Origin: Amoebidium appalachense
Taxonomy: Eukaryota; Protista; Ichthyosporea
DNA length: 64,000 nucleotides
Assembly: GCA_963693365.1 (NCBI GenBank)
Contig: CAVNZM010000009.1
Span: forward strand, 2,172,231 to 2,236,230
Reading direction: 5' to 3'
In this document: in pieces, positions 1 through 45,526 of the stretch
How the letters are laid out: each line of letters starts with the position of its first letter
Position numbering within the stretch: the first letter of the stretch is position 1
The notes under the pieces: model-generated
Database searches by the model: none
Told to the model about the DNA's origin: nothing
Seen by the model: the letters and a program-made list of their open reading frames with translations, nothing else
Made by a program: the position numbers and the translations under genes

Positions 1-390
1 TCTTTGGTTGTAAGTGAGGGACAATCCATATTAAGTTGTGCTTTAGTTTCGTGTAGTAAATACCTGGAGAGTTAAGTCAACGCCAAACTTGCTAGTGCCT
101 AACTTAAAAGAGCCTATATTATAGGCCTATGAGGCCTTCATGGCTATCCCCAAGCGCTGTGACAACCTTGGGAGTTATTATTGTAGGTAGGAGCTTTTAT
201 TTATTAGCCGCCTGCCTTTCATTTATTAGGTCACCATCCTCTGGTATCCAAACCTGAACGAAAAAACCGACTCGATTCGTCCGTCGTGATAGCGGCATAC
301 GAAATCTGAGTTCGCCAAGACTTATACGGCTTTCCTTCTGTTCCCCGTGCTCTGTAACAACCATAATCCACAGGATCTTTGATTTTTTAG

Positions 391-2155
391 ATGTCTTCCT
401 GGATTCAATCCTCCGCCTCCATGCCACCACTTACCAATCCGGTTGCTGTCTCCATGTGCGAAAACATGAGCGAGCCGGAGTTTCTCAGAATGGAGAGAGA
501 CTTTCAAACCTCTTCGTTGAAGCAAAGTTCGAAAGCGCCATCCAGTTTTTCGATGGCACACCTGACTAGGAAACCCCAACCATACTCAGTTCCTGGACGA
601 GCACAGATGAACGCAAACACTGACCCATGGCAGCGTGAAGGCAACGAATACTACTATAGATTGCGAAGAGACAGCGGTTACGCTAGCAGTCACAGCTCAG
701 GCGCTACATCAGCAGGTAGCCCAGAGCTGCCACTACTTAGCTTAGAGCAACCATGGCAACCAACTTTAGTGAAACCCAGAGTTGTTGTCGAGCCTCAGGA
801 TTCTCCGCGTATTCAACATTCAGAATACGACACCGAGCACAGGTAAGAATTTGCTGTGACGATCCTTTCCTTTATCACCTTCCAAATGCTAGGGGGTGTG
901 GGCGCGTTGTGTGGGATCTGATCTCACCGTTCTTTATACAAGGACTGCAAACTGGTTGTTAAAGGCGTGTGGTTGCAGGAAAGTATGATACCAGGGTATT
1001 GTTAAATTATTCACAACAGCAATTTCTTCTTGTTTGCGAAACTTGATAGCTCATCTTTTTAGCGAAACAATTTTTTTTTTTTTAAAGAATACAGCATCAT
1101 GTTTCTTAATGCCTGCCGACAGGTGACCTGACGGAATTAGCAACGGTTCATACTTTTGTCACAACCTTTTAGAGTACGCCTGTCTCGTTTGCACCTGCTT
1201 TGTGCACGGCACTTAAGTCCACTTATATCCACCCTAGTTCTACAAGCTTATCAGCATTGGCGGTGAGAAATTACTATGAACACCTTGCTCATATTCTCTC
1301 TAAGTTGTCTTCCTTCCTTCAGGTCACAATACAGCCCACCCAGCCTTCCCCCTGCACCACACTTGCCACGTTACGACGCCCCTGTGCAGCGGCCAGGACG
1401 TGACTGTCTTGCTCCCCCAGTATGGCGACCCGGCCACCGCCAGCCACCAGCTGAAGGCGCCTCAAAAATGTATAGGAGCTCTCCACTGGTATGTTTGCAG
1501 GTCCTATAAACCTCCATAGCCTCTCCGACTTTTTAATACTTATGAGCGACTGCTTGCTAGAAATGGGCCTTGATTTGGATGTTTGGTCGTTTCGTTCAAG
1601 AAAATGCACGCTGTTCTTCTCTCTGGTCAATGCTACACATTAGACGGCTGAACTTTTCTCGAAATAGAAAGCCCCCCCCGCCCCCCCCCCCCCCCCTACA
1701 CACACACACACAAACAAACATCCCTCCGAACTCTCAAGGGAAGATTACAGGCACACTGCCCTGTTTTGTTGAGGGTTCGTTTTAAGCTTCCTACATTCCT
1801 TTCCGTTGTATAATCTGTTTGGAGACTGCCACGCACGGCAACAGCAACATTCTAGGTGCGAACAGTTATGTTTGACGATTTTTACCTTTTGATCACTGAC
1901 TCCATGTCCGCACAACAGGGACCAAGCCAGCCAACCACTCAGTCTTACAGTCGCCGGCAGGACGGGTTACTTGAAGTGAGCCAGACAGTACGAATCATCC
2001 CTGCCGCTCCATCTGTGGGCGCAACCAACCCAACGATACAGCACCCCAGTAGGCGGTTATCGAATGAACAACCCGAGACCAAGGAGGAATGGTTTAGTTT
2101 TTATGCGTGTATTCCATGGGAAAAGCTCGGTGTGTTCACACCCACAAGTTCGTGA
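391..2155 (+). CDS. Hypothetical protein, 3 exons, ~284 aa, Ser/Pro-rich
   Basis: Exons 391-842, 1323-1488, 1919-2155. Donors AG|GTAAGA and CTG|GTATGT, acceptors TTCAG and AACAG (CACTGAC branch-like site upstream of the last). Phases are consistent and the total is 855 nt ending in TGA. No recognised domain. Confidence 0.65.
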
Positions 2156-3604
2156 ATTCATCAACAGCATTTCGAACGACATGGTAAGATCCAGCGCTGC
2201 ATCTGCAAGCGCGGAGGATGGGTACGGCAGGACGTCAACAATATTGTGAGTTTTATTTATCATAGTGAAACAGCATTTCATGTTTTTCTTATCTTATTTC
2301 CATGCTCAGCCTTAACCTAGTATCGTATGAGTATATGCTTGAATAACGACTGCCACACCATATCCATCCTCAACTCTTTGCACTTTCCATCACATACAGC
2401 ACTCACCCTCACTACACGATTATCAGTGACAACACAGTCTACGTGTCAAACCTACAAGACTCTGAGACAGTCGTATACTACTTCGCTCTCTTGATTTATG
2501 AACACAAAATGAATGCCATTAGCTTATGTTCTTATTCACACTCATATATGCTGTGCAGTACTGTATTCTTACTACTATGGACATGCCCAAGGAAGTGCCT
2601 TTGAGAGACGCCAAACTAATGTTGTAGTTGACAAGTTGTTATCAGTGACGGTAGTCTCCTAGGTGCTTGTATATGGGTTGATCTGTTGATTCGACGACCA
2701 TGTATGTAAATGGCAGAATTTGAAATCTTGCCGCCAGAAACTTACCTTCGAGCTTGAAGGGTAAACTGGCCATTGATGTTTGAATGAAGAATTTCTAAAA
2801 CGTTGTTATGAAGGTTTCGGATTCCAGCAACATTGAATAGGAAAGCTCTAGCAAACCCTACCAAAATCACTGGCCCGCACACACACACACAACCCATTAT
2901 TCCCCCCCCCCCCCCCCCAAAAAAAAAAAAAAAAAAAAATTGGGGGGGGGGGGGGGGAAAAGAAACACAGATCCACACTCACACTGAGTCTAACACACTT
3001 CCCAACGAAAGCCTTTTTCAGAAGGCTAATCCAAAACCCAAATCAACCCCCCCCCCCCCCCCCCCCCCCCAACACACCCACCCAACCCGTCTACACACAG
3101 CTCTACCTAATTATAGTGTGTTCGTGCAGTAATCAACCGGCACACATTCACAGCGTTATGAGGATGATGGCAATAAAGAGAATTTGATGGCCGGTGACAC
3201 CACAGCAAGACGTGCTCTCAAAGATGCTCAAAAAGCACCGAAACGCCAGCTTCACATTTATTCTCGTTAATGGTTGAACAACAACAACGCCGAAGAGGGT
3301 ATTAAAAAATGGCAAAAAAGAACACACAGGAAAACTTTCGAGAGAAGGAAAGGAAAAAACGCTTTTGAGTCTTGGTACGGCCAAGAGAAGTTGGGCACTT
3401 GGGTGACTTCAACACTGACTTGGCTTACGTAATCAAAGATGATTGGCGGATAGAGCATCATCCTCGATACTCCTATAAAATCAACCTGGGAGATTTTCGA
3501 GGAGCGGATCTTTTCCACTAGCTGAGAGTACCGTGTCGCGATATTGTCAATTTTGAAAACCTCGTTCCTCGATAATTTACTTTTGGCGGATTCAGTCTTG
3601 GCCC

Positions 3605-5057
3605 ATGGCCATGGGTACGCCAGACACAGGAGATGCCACACCGGCAAAAAGAAAAAAAACACTTGATCCCGTTGTTTCGAAATATGCGAACATGACTGCT
3701 CGTTTTAGACGGCTCCCCCTTGCTATAGGCGTTGGGGTGGGCACAGGTGTAATGCTTGCTTCAGTATGGGCACGGCAATATTACAAAACACTCATCCAGC
3801 ACACAGAATACACGGCAAACGTTCACAAAGACACATCGACAGCACACATCAAAGTACAGAGACAAGTTCAACCTAAGCAAACCGTTCTCGTTTTGCAAGA
3901 GAAAGATGGTAGTGTACAAAATGTTTCTGCAGATACCGAGAAAGTGTCCACTTTTGTTCGCCAAGAGGTGTTGAAATTGGAACAATCACGCCAGCAGCTA
4001 TTACAAAAATCAACATCTTCACTAAAACAAAACATGAGCGAGATTTTCGAAGGCTACCGCTCCAGATGTGACCGTTTTGCAGACTGGTACTTCAGCTACT
4101 CGACTATGTACAAGCTTTTGAGCACAGCTACATCATCCGCTGTCAGAAATACTTTTACCCTTTCCCCCTCGCACATGTCAGTAGCCGATGCGGTCGGTTA
4201 TGATGTCGTAAAGTATCTTCAGAAGAAATACGAAAGCATCGTTCTACGCCCAGAGGTTACAGACCCCCAACTTCGCCGTGCATATGTGAACAGCTACAGA
4301 GAGACACACGCACAGTTTCTTGGCGTGGTTTTAAGCACACAGAAGAGTTTTCAGGAGTTTGTGTCCAAGGAAACAACTCATCTGCAGACACCCAACGAAA
4401 CAGATGTTAGCATGGCACTTGATTGGGCGTCGCAGTTGAATAAGATTAATAATGTGGCGGCTGCACACGAAAAGGGTCCGGAGGGTGTGGCAATGTCTGC
4501 TGCGTTGGCCATGGGCGGTGCGGTGTTTGGGAAAACGGTGGCATCTGCTGCTGTCGTGGTGAGTGACTCTTAAAATCTTTAGAACTTTCATGTGACTATT
4601 TTGCTGGTATGGCCTTCTCAAGGGAGGGATTGGGGGGGGGGGGGGGAGGGGGGGAGGGAGGGGGGAGTGGTGGTGAGAATCGGGGGGGGGGGAGGAGAGG
4701 ACGGGGGGGGGAGGGAGGGGGGGATGGTGTGGGGAATCGATTGAGCTTGTGGGCAACCTCAGGTGGAGGGCAGTTACAGCGGCGAATGAGGGCTAGGCCC
4801 CTTGGTTGTGGAGAAGGGAGGGCTAGGGAGTAAGGGTGTGTGTATGTGTATAGATGTTTGTTTAGGGGAGGGGGAAGGGGAGGGGGGAGGGGGGAGGGGG
4901 ATGATGGGGAGATGGATTTGCCTCTGTACAGAAGGGGGGAGGGGTGGGGAGGGGACCATAGTGTCGGCAGGGCTGTTGGGAAGGGGCAGAAAAGCTCAAG
5001 GGGGTTAGAAGAGGAGCTTGTGTGCGTGTGTTTGGGTGGGGTGGGGTGTGTGTGTGT

Positions 5058-5107
<50 letters not shown>

Positions 5108-5227
5108 CTGAAAGGCTGTTGATGGTATCAACAGGAGGGTGTTTCAATTTCGTGTCTTTTTGTGACGCTGATTTTTTTGTGCCTTTGTCTGTGTGTGCAT
5201 GGTGGCTTTGATTGTATTTTTCTTCTC

Positions 5228-5258
<31 letters not shown>

Positions 5259-5434
5259 GGGGGGGGGGGGGGGGGAGGGAGGCTGGGGCTGTGATTTGAT
5301 GTCTCGGGCCCGTTTGGGGCAAAGGAATCAAAGGGTGGTAGGGTAATTTATGTGGTGGTGATGTTGGTTAGGATGTGCTCTTTTGTCTCTTTAGCTTTTT
5401 TTTCTTGGCCTTTTTTTTCCCTTTAGCGGAAAAA

Positions 5435-5479
<45 letters not shown>

Positions 5480-5754
5480 GGGGGGGGGGGGGGGGGTTGG
5501 AGGGTGACGGTGTGCCTGGGCAGTGTGTGCGTGTGGGGAGAGAGAGAGTGTGTGTGTGTGTGTGCGTGTGGCGGGGGGCCGGTGGGGGGGAGGGGGGGGG
5601 GGGGGGGGGGCACGACAGGCAAGGAATCACTATGAAAGGGTAGGGGAGGAATTGAGACTGTGTTTGCGTGTTTTGGTGATCACGGTGATGTTGGGGTGCA
5701 CGTCCTGTTTGTTTGTTTGTTTGTTTGTTTTTTTGTTTTTTTGTTTTTTTCTTT

Positions 5755-5812
<58 letters not shown>

Positions 5813-5827
5813 GGAGGGGAGGTGGCG

Positions 5828-5866
<39 letters not shown>

Positions 5867-6781
5867 CTTTTTCTTTCCACGGTCTCATCTCAACCATCAT
5901 GCATCCTCCTCACATCGATCCTCTGGATTTTTACTGGAGCTGCGTGTTCAACTTTCCCTTTAAGTTACATCCACCCACTTATTTTTTACCCATTCAAATC
6001 AAACACACTGCGACACACATACATACACACACGCACGCACACACACACACACTCACACTCACACACATACACACACACACCCTCCTCCCCTCCCCCCAAC
6101 CCCCGGCCCCCTCCCTCCTCTGCCCTATCCCCCCCCCCCCCCCCCCCCCCCCCCCTCCCCTCCCCCTACTCACACCCTACTCACACCCTCCCCCCCCCCC
6201 CCCTCCCCCCTCCCCCCCACACACACATCCAGACAACCGCAAAAGGTGCCAGTGCGGCGGCGGCGGCGGCCGGCAAACTCGGTGGTGCAGCAATGGCGGG
6301 AAAAGGCGTAACTGCCGTGTTAGGAAAGCTAGCGGCCCCATTTGTGGCAAAAGCCGCTAGCGCAGGAACTATTTTAGGCTCGGGGGCTGCGGCCGGAGCG
6401 GTAGCCGGGCCTGTGGGTGGGGTGGTGGGAGCGGCGGCGGGTCTTGGTGTGGATTATATGATCAATAGGGGGGTGGAATTGATGCAAAGGGACGTGTTTT
6501 TGCAAGATATGTTTGAAGCGTTGGACTCTATGGAGGCGGAGTGGGAGAGTCAGTTGGAAGGGGAACTACACAGGGCGGTGAATGTGTGGATTGATGACGC
6601 TGTGCAGTTGTTGTTGTTGTTTGATGAGAAGAATAGGAATGGTGGTGGGGGAGGTGGTGGTGGGTTTGGCGTGCGGGGGTGGACTAGAGGGGAGGGGGTG
6701 AGTGGGAAGGGGGTTGGGGCAATGGATGATGTAGTACATGTGGTGGAAGAGGGAGAAGGTGTGGGTAAGGAGAGCGGGTAG
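3605..6781 (+). CDS. Uncharacterised membrane-associated helical protein with FADWYFSY motif and C-terminal glycine zipper, 2 exons, ~500 aa
   Basis: Exons 3605-4558 (GTG|GTGAGT) and 6233-6781 (ATCCAG|ACA), phase 0. N-terminal hydrophobic helix LPLAIGVGVGTGVMLASVW, a coiled region, RCDRFADWYFSYSTMY, and GSGAAAGAVAGPVGGVVGAAAGLGVDY followed by a charged helix. Confidence 0.8.
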
Positions 6782-8023
6782 TGTGTTTTGGGTGAGGTTT
6801 CTGTGTGGGTACTGGTGTAGTTTTTAGGTTAGGCTGTCGAGTAGTGAGTTGGAACTGGTGTGGATATGGTTTTGCTGCAAACTCGAGTTACGGGGTGCCT
6901 TGTTGAAAGAATGGTGTCAGCAACATGAATGATTACGTTATGGTTGGCATTTTAGACGTACTGTATCATACAATTTGCAATTTGGGGGGGTCCGTTGTCT
7001 AACCCCCCCCCCCCCCCCCCACCCACCCACCCACCCACCCATTCAAATGTCCACGTGTGACGACAAGCATGCACTAATAGACCTCGAAACTCTGCAATAG
7101 CTTGGAGTGTTCTACGTACAGGCAGTGCCACATGAAATTCTACCCAGTAAATTGTTAACACTTGAGCCTTTTTTTAAACAATTTTCCATAGTCATTGTGT
7201 GCATATGTGGTACTGACCTGGCCATGCGAGTGAGTGTGTGTGTGCACATGTGTGAGTCGGAGTGAGAGGGAGAGAGAGAAAGGCCGGGGATTTTTGAGGG
7301 AGGGAGGGCGGGGGGGGGGGATAAGGGGTGGGGGTGAAATGGTCTAGACAGTCACACTCGACGACGTCACGGGCAGGCTGCATATGCATGGCCAACGTTT
7401 AAACCGCCGTGTGACTACGGGAGTGTGCGCGCACCCGGTACACCGTACATGCGTCTCGTCCAACACTAATTGATCAGCAATTATACTACACATTAGATAA
7501 CGAGCATACATACCTTATTAGGCACTAGACGGATACGGATCCACGCGCGCACTTGTAAACAACGAGTGACTCGGCCTGTGGCGTCACAAAAAAAAGGTCG
7601 CGCACCGCTACAAACTAATACGTAATCAAGATTTCGGCTACATCAATGAGCTTCAGGCATCTGTTCATTGGATAATTATGAAACAATATAGCTTTATTTG
7701 GTTACATTGTTCTGAAAGGCTGGCTTGAGCGACTCAAAATCACACACATTTATTGCCATAATAAGCAGACAGCTCAACTCATCTCCGACCTGATGTTGAA
7801 GCACGAACGTTGCATCGAAAAGACGCCCCATGTTTGCATATGCATGCACCGGCTCAGGTGAAACATTCTGAGAGAACGAAAGAGCAAGCAACTGAAATCA
7901 ACATGCATGCAGATGTGTACGTATAAATGCTGTGGGCGGTTTAATGCTTTTTTGCAACTTCGAGTTGTACCAGAAAATCTTGTTCACGGTTAGGGGAAGC
8001 CCCACACAGAGCCCGGAGCGAAA

Positions 8024-16924
<8,901 letters not shown>

Positions 16925-16995
16925 ATCTAGACACATAGATATATGTACTACTAGTAGTAACTAAAATCCAGATCCTAATAGCTTAAATTTGTGCG

Positions 16996-17477
16996 AAGTA
17001 CTGTTGGCCTTGGTGTTGACACATCACAGCTCACATACATGTCATTAATAAACAGCACATTCCCCCGATATTAGTTTTAATGATAGCTTTGTGCTATTTT
17101 TGTTGTATTATGCCCCTTTTACCCCACCTCGCTGCCAAGTAAAGGAAAGGTGAAAGAGTGAGTCCAAGAAGTGTGGTCGAAAGAAACAAAAGCCTCGATA
17201 TCCCTCTATTAAATACAGGCTCTCTCCCTTTCTCCCAAGTACTGTTGGCCTTGGTGTTGACACATCACAGCTCACATACATGTCATTAATAAACAGCACA
17301 TTCCCCCGATATTAGTTTTAATGATAGCTTTGTGCTATTTTTGTTGTATTATGCCCCTTTTACCCCACCTCGCTGCCAAGTAAAGGAAAGGTGAAAGAGT
17401 GAGTCCAAGAAGTGTGGTCGAAAGAAACAAAAGCCTCGATATCCCTCTATTAAATACAGGCTCTCTCCCTTTCTCCC
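16996..17477. repeat. Perfect tandem duplication of a 241-bp unit in the 3' region of GBP-like paralog A
   Basis: 16996-17236 and 17237-17477 read identical (AAGTACTGTTGGCC...CCCTTTCTCCC). Each unit contains AATAAA. Confidence 0.95.
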
Positions 17478-17523
17478 TCCCTCCCTCCCTCTCTCTCCCT
17501 CTCTCCTCGAGCTCCCTCTCCCA

Positions 17524-17560
<37 letters not shown>

Positions 17561-17664
17561 CCCCGTCTCTATCAGCTTTTCACCCTATCTCGCTCGTCTC
17601 TCCGGGATCCCTCCCTCCCTTTCGCCCCCTTCCTCCCCCTTTCCCCCCCTTCACCTCTCGGACC

Positions 17665-17734
<70 letters not shown>

Positions 17735-17905
17735 CAGTCTCCACCCTCTCTTCCCACTCTCTCTCCGCCCTCTCTCTCCACCCCCCTCTTTCCCACTCTC
17801 CCCCCTCCCCCCCCCCCCCTCTTTCCCCCCCTCCATTTTAATTTTCCCACTCTATCTTTCTCTTTCTGCCTCATAATCATTTTTCAACTCACTAACCCCC
17901 CCACT

Positions 17906-17940
<35 letters not shown>

Positions 17941-17945
17941 ACACA

Positions 17946-18082
<137 letters not shown>

Positions 18083-19066
18083 CCCCCGGTGTCCGTTTTG
18101 CCGTCCTTTCCTTGCAAAAATATACAGAAATGGGAGAGAAAGGCAAGCAAAAACCGCCGGTTCTTTTCTTGTTTCAACGCGCGAATATCGAAACCTCCTG
18201 GGCTCAGCGACCAAAAACCGATAAATAAACGTTTGCCAAAGCGCAAGCTGATTGCATAACAGAGTTCCAAATTACTGTCTTAAAACTTTTAAACAGGTTT
18301 AACGCTTGAGAATCATGATGTAATCATGTACAGGTGTCGCCGTAGCGCACGATTACACAACACATGCAAAAACGAGTAACGTCACACTGTTTCCCAGCCC
18401 TCTTGCTCGCGAAAGCTGTCAACCGAACCGCTTCCCCACCCCTATGTACGTGTTATTCTTTTCTTGTTTTCTCTTGTTTTCTTTGGTTTTCATGCTGACG
18501 GAAGAAGGGGGAAAACGTTAATGTGTTGACATCATCATTTTTTGATCTTCAAGTAACAAAACAACGCGAATTTTCCCGGTCTGCAGTGAGCCGCTGGTGT
18601 TTTGTCTGAACGAAAACCGGTATGGAGCGAGGGCTAGAGAGAGTAGGCTTTGAAGGAGCAAAAAAAGGGGGGTTGGTGCAAAAGGATAACGGAGGGTTAG
18701 AGAGAACACAAGAACGCGCTGTGTTATGATATGTATGATATCGATGACTCGGAGTAAGAATATCAGGTGGTGGCCCAGACTTTCCCAACGAGTGAGGTCA
18801 AGTCACTTATTTACAGCTCGAGCTCGAACCGTGCCTGACTTGCTTGTATGCACACTTTTTCTTACTCATTTTCCTCACAAGTGGTTCTTCGTTCTTGAAC
18901 TGGAGGGGTGTTTGGATCCGTAATAGTAGAGAGGACGCTTCATCACTTTATAACCAGAAGTTTTTGGCCACCTTGAATGCTACACACACCTCTGAGTGCA
19001 GACAGTGTGTGTTTGGTATAGAACCACGGCTCACGGTAAAACGCAGGTAGGAACACATTTGCCATC

Positions 19067-29078
<10,012 letters not shown>

Positions 29079-29895
29079 TAGGAGTGATATATGGGTGGTA
29101 GAGTGGGGTGGAAAATTACCGTGTTTCTTGCAAGAATATGTGCATGAGGAAAACACATGTGCATGTGTAGTGGTGCCTGTGGGTGCTTTGATGGGTTTTT
29201 GCAATTGTGGCTCTATTCATTCTTTTTCATTTTTGTGGTGATCTTAACTCAAGTATATATGGGTGTGTTTGTGTGTGTGTGTGCTAAGAGGGGAGGGGGG
29301 GGGGAGGGGGCTGGAGGGGGAGGGATAGTAGGATAGGAGACTTCGACACATGCAGAAAGCAAAAAAGGGAAAGTTAAATCATATGAAATGGATTGTGGCG
29401 GTCCAGGTTTCTGTGCAGTCATTTCCTTTGTTCTGTCTCCGTTTTCCGGCCTTTTCCTCTTGTACAACGTGCACGTAAAGCAAATAAAAAGTTTTTGGCC
29501 CCGAAAAACGGAAGGGAAGCAAGGAAGCAGATTTAATTATACCGGCTTCTTTATTTAGATACCAGAGGTGAATGAAATTAAAGAGAAATCACCGTGAATA
29601 AGTCCAAATCATTCCGAAATCATTCCATAAATTAAGGGATAACTACACTAATTTTCCAGGATCACCCCTTGTGATGCCGCATGCAACACTATTTCAAAAC
29701 AAAGAGAGACAGTTTCTAAGAAGCAAGGAAAATGGGAAAAGAAATCACTACCATGTTATAGTATCACATGCCTGTGCCAGCAGGGCAGTTGTGGGAAAAC
29801 GAAGATACACACTAAATGAATTTGCGTTCAAGCACGCACTACATGACTTCACGTGCTTACAATCTCTAAATTCTTTTGCGTGCATACACAGCCTA

Positions 29896-29975
29896 TGATT
29901 TTGTGTGCATACGCACTTAGCTAAATGATTTTGTGTGCATACGCACTTAGCTAAATGATTTTGTGTGCTTACGCA
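29896..29975. repeat. Short tandem repeat, 30-bp unit, ~2.7 copies
   Basis: TGATTTTGTGTGCATACGCACTTAGCTAAA repeated in tandem. Confidence 0.8.
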
Positions 29976-30057
29976 CCCACATCAATCGTTTTTAGAACTG
30001 AGAGCACAAAAGCAGATTAGCAAATTGAGTATCCAAAACGAGTTTGCACTTCATGTA

Positions 30058-30091
<34 letters not shown>

Positions 30092-30127
30092 TTCCCCCCC
30101 CACCTCCCCCCCCCAACTTAAAAAACC

Positions 30128-30276
<149 letters not shown>

Positions 30277-30467
30277 AGAGAGGGGGGGGGGGGGGGAGGG
30301 AGAGGGTGGGAGGGAGGGAGGAAGTGAGAGAGAGAACTTCCCCAGAAACCTCCACACCACCCACCCACCCACCCACCAACCAGCGCACACAAACAATGTC
30401 GAAGAAACACGCTTAAAAAATTGAAATAAAATCCAAGAAAAAATTTGTAAGCAAACAAACCAACACA

Positions 30468-43965
<13,498 letters not shown>

Positions 43966-44711
43966 GCTAATGTTTGAGGAAAAACAAAAACTGAAACAAA
44001 ACCTATCTCTTTTCTGCTCCTGTCCTTGGGATCTCTGGTCAGGGGCAGGCGGCTGGAAGGTGGAAGGATAGAAGCTAGTCAGCCCAGCAAAAAATATAAG
44101 TAGTGCACGCTCAATCGCCTATGACCTTGGCCTAATAAAACACACACAAATAATACGTGGGCAACTTTACTCAAAAGAATCAAGAATCTCGCCTGATGTT
44201 TTGCTTTCCGAGCCAACGGTACCAGCCAACCTAGCCGGCCAACGTCAACAGGTCGTGCGCGCTTGACGGCGCCAGTGCAACGCACATTCCAATGTGGTGC
44301 GTAACACACCAATTATCATTGGTGTAGATGAGCCATATAAGGCTATTGGCTTGTCAGACAGCGGACTCGAGGCTCCGAGTGAAGGTAGTCCCTACGTATA
44401 CAATACTGGGTCACTGTTCTTGTTTCAACCGGCCACGAAAGCAACGAACACAGGCGAAGCTAAAATTGTGATTAAAAAAAAACATGCTGCTTCTTCTTGA
44501 GAAGAAGTGCCCATAACAAAACTGCGAAATATTTTTCCACCACAACCACATCTTAAAGCTTTTACCCATTCACACCCATACGTGTGCCACCCAACTCGAC
44601 TGTTTTAGCATGAGAAAGGACTTTGAGTTCGGAGGTTGTCGTTTGGGCTGAAACCCGGCCAAGCAGCTGCAGTTGGTAGATTTGTCTCTGAGTTTTCTGC
44701 CATGTGATCCA

Positions 44712-44777
<66 letters not shown>

Positions 44778-45480
44778 TTCCCCCAAATAACCAAAGGGGC
44801 AAAAAAAAAAAAAAAAAAAAAAAAAACACCACAAGAAGACATAAGAAACTAAAGACACAATGGCTAGCCTAAGGAGAAGCTGCTCAAATTATCTCTAATT
44901 CGGAACCACATACTCTTGATAATTCTAATAATGATTTCATGGGCAGAGGAGCACCCCGGTTAAGAAGGGTGGGTGTGTGAATGGGTGGGTGGGGGGGGGG
45001 GGGGTGAGGGCCACTTTGGGGGGCCGTGGGGAGGGGGGGGGGGGGGGGGGGGGGAGGGGGGGGGGGGGGGGGGTTCGAGCAGTGCAGCACGCTGCTGCAA
45101 CGACCTTTGCAAAGAGGGGCACTTATTAATTGAGTGCACCACGGCTGTCCTGTAGACGGTTATTCGTGGGACAGATGGCACCATGCTAGGGCCCTGGAAA
45201 ACCTTTTTATTGATCCTTCGGTGCTAAAACAAGGGTGGTCTTGCGCCACTGGCCCGGGTTGCTATTCGTGTTGATTGCAGAAGGGATTAGGAGATCCCGC
45301 CAAAATCTACATTTACTTGCGGACACTTCCCACGGCCATGGAGGTGTACAGTGCGAGTGCCTCTTTCAAATATCTATGACGTGTGTGTAAAACAGCTTCT
45401 ATGTGCTACTGAGCCAAACGCAATAGCATTTTGCTAGGGAAATATTAGAGAGGCTACGGAAGGAAAGGGGAGGAGAAAGT

Positions 45481-45511
<31 letters not shown>

Positions 45512-45526
45512 AGTTGAAGGCCGAAG

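Noticed and set aside
45330-45378. Third CACGGCCAT terminus
   Set aside because: No matching inverted end or TSD was found nearby.
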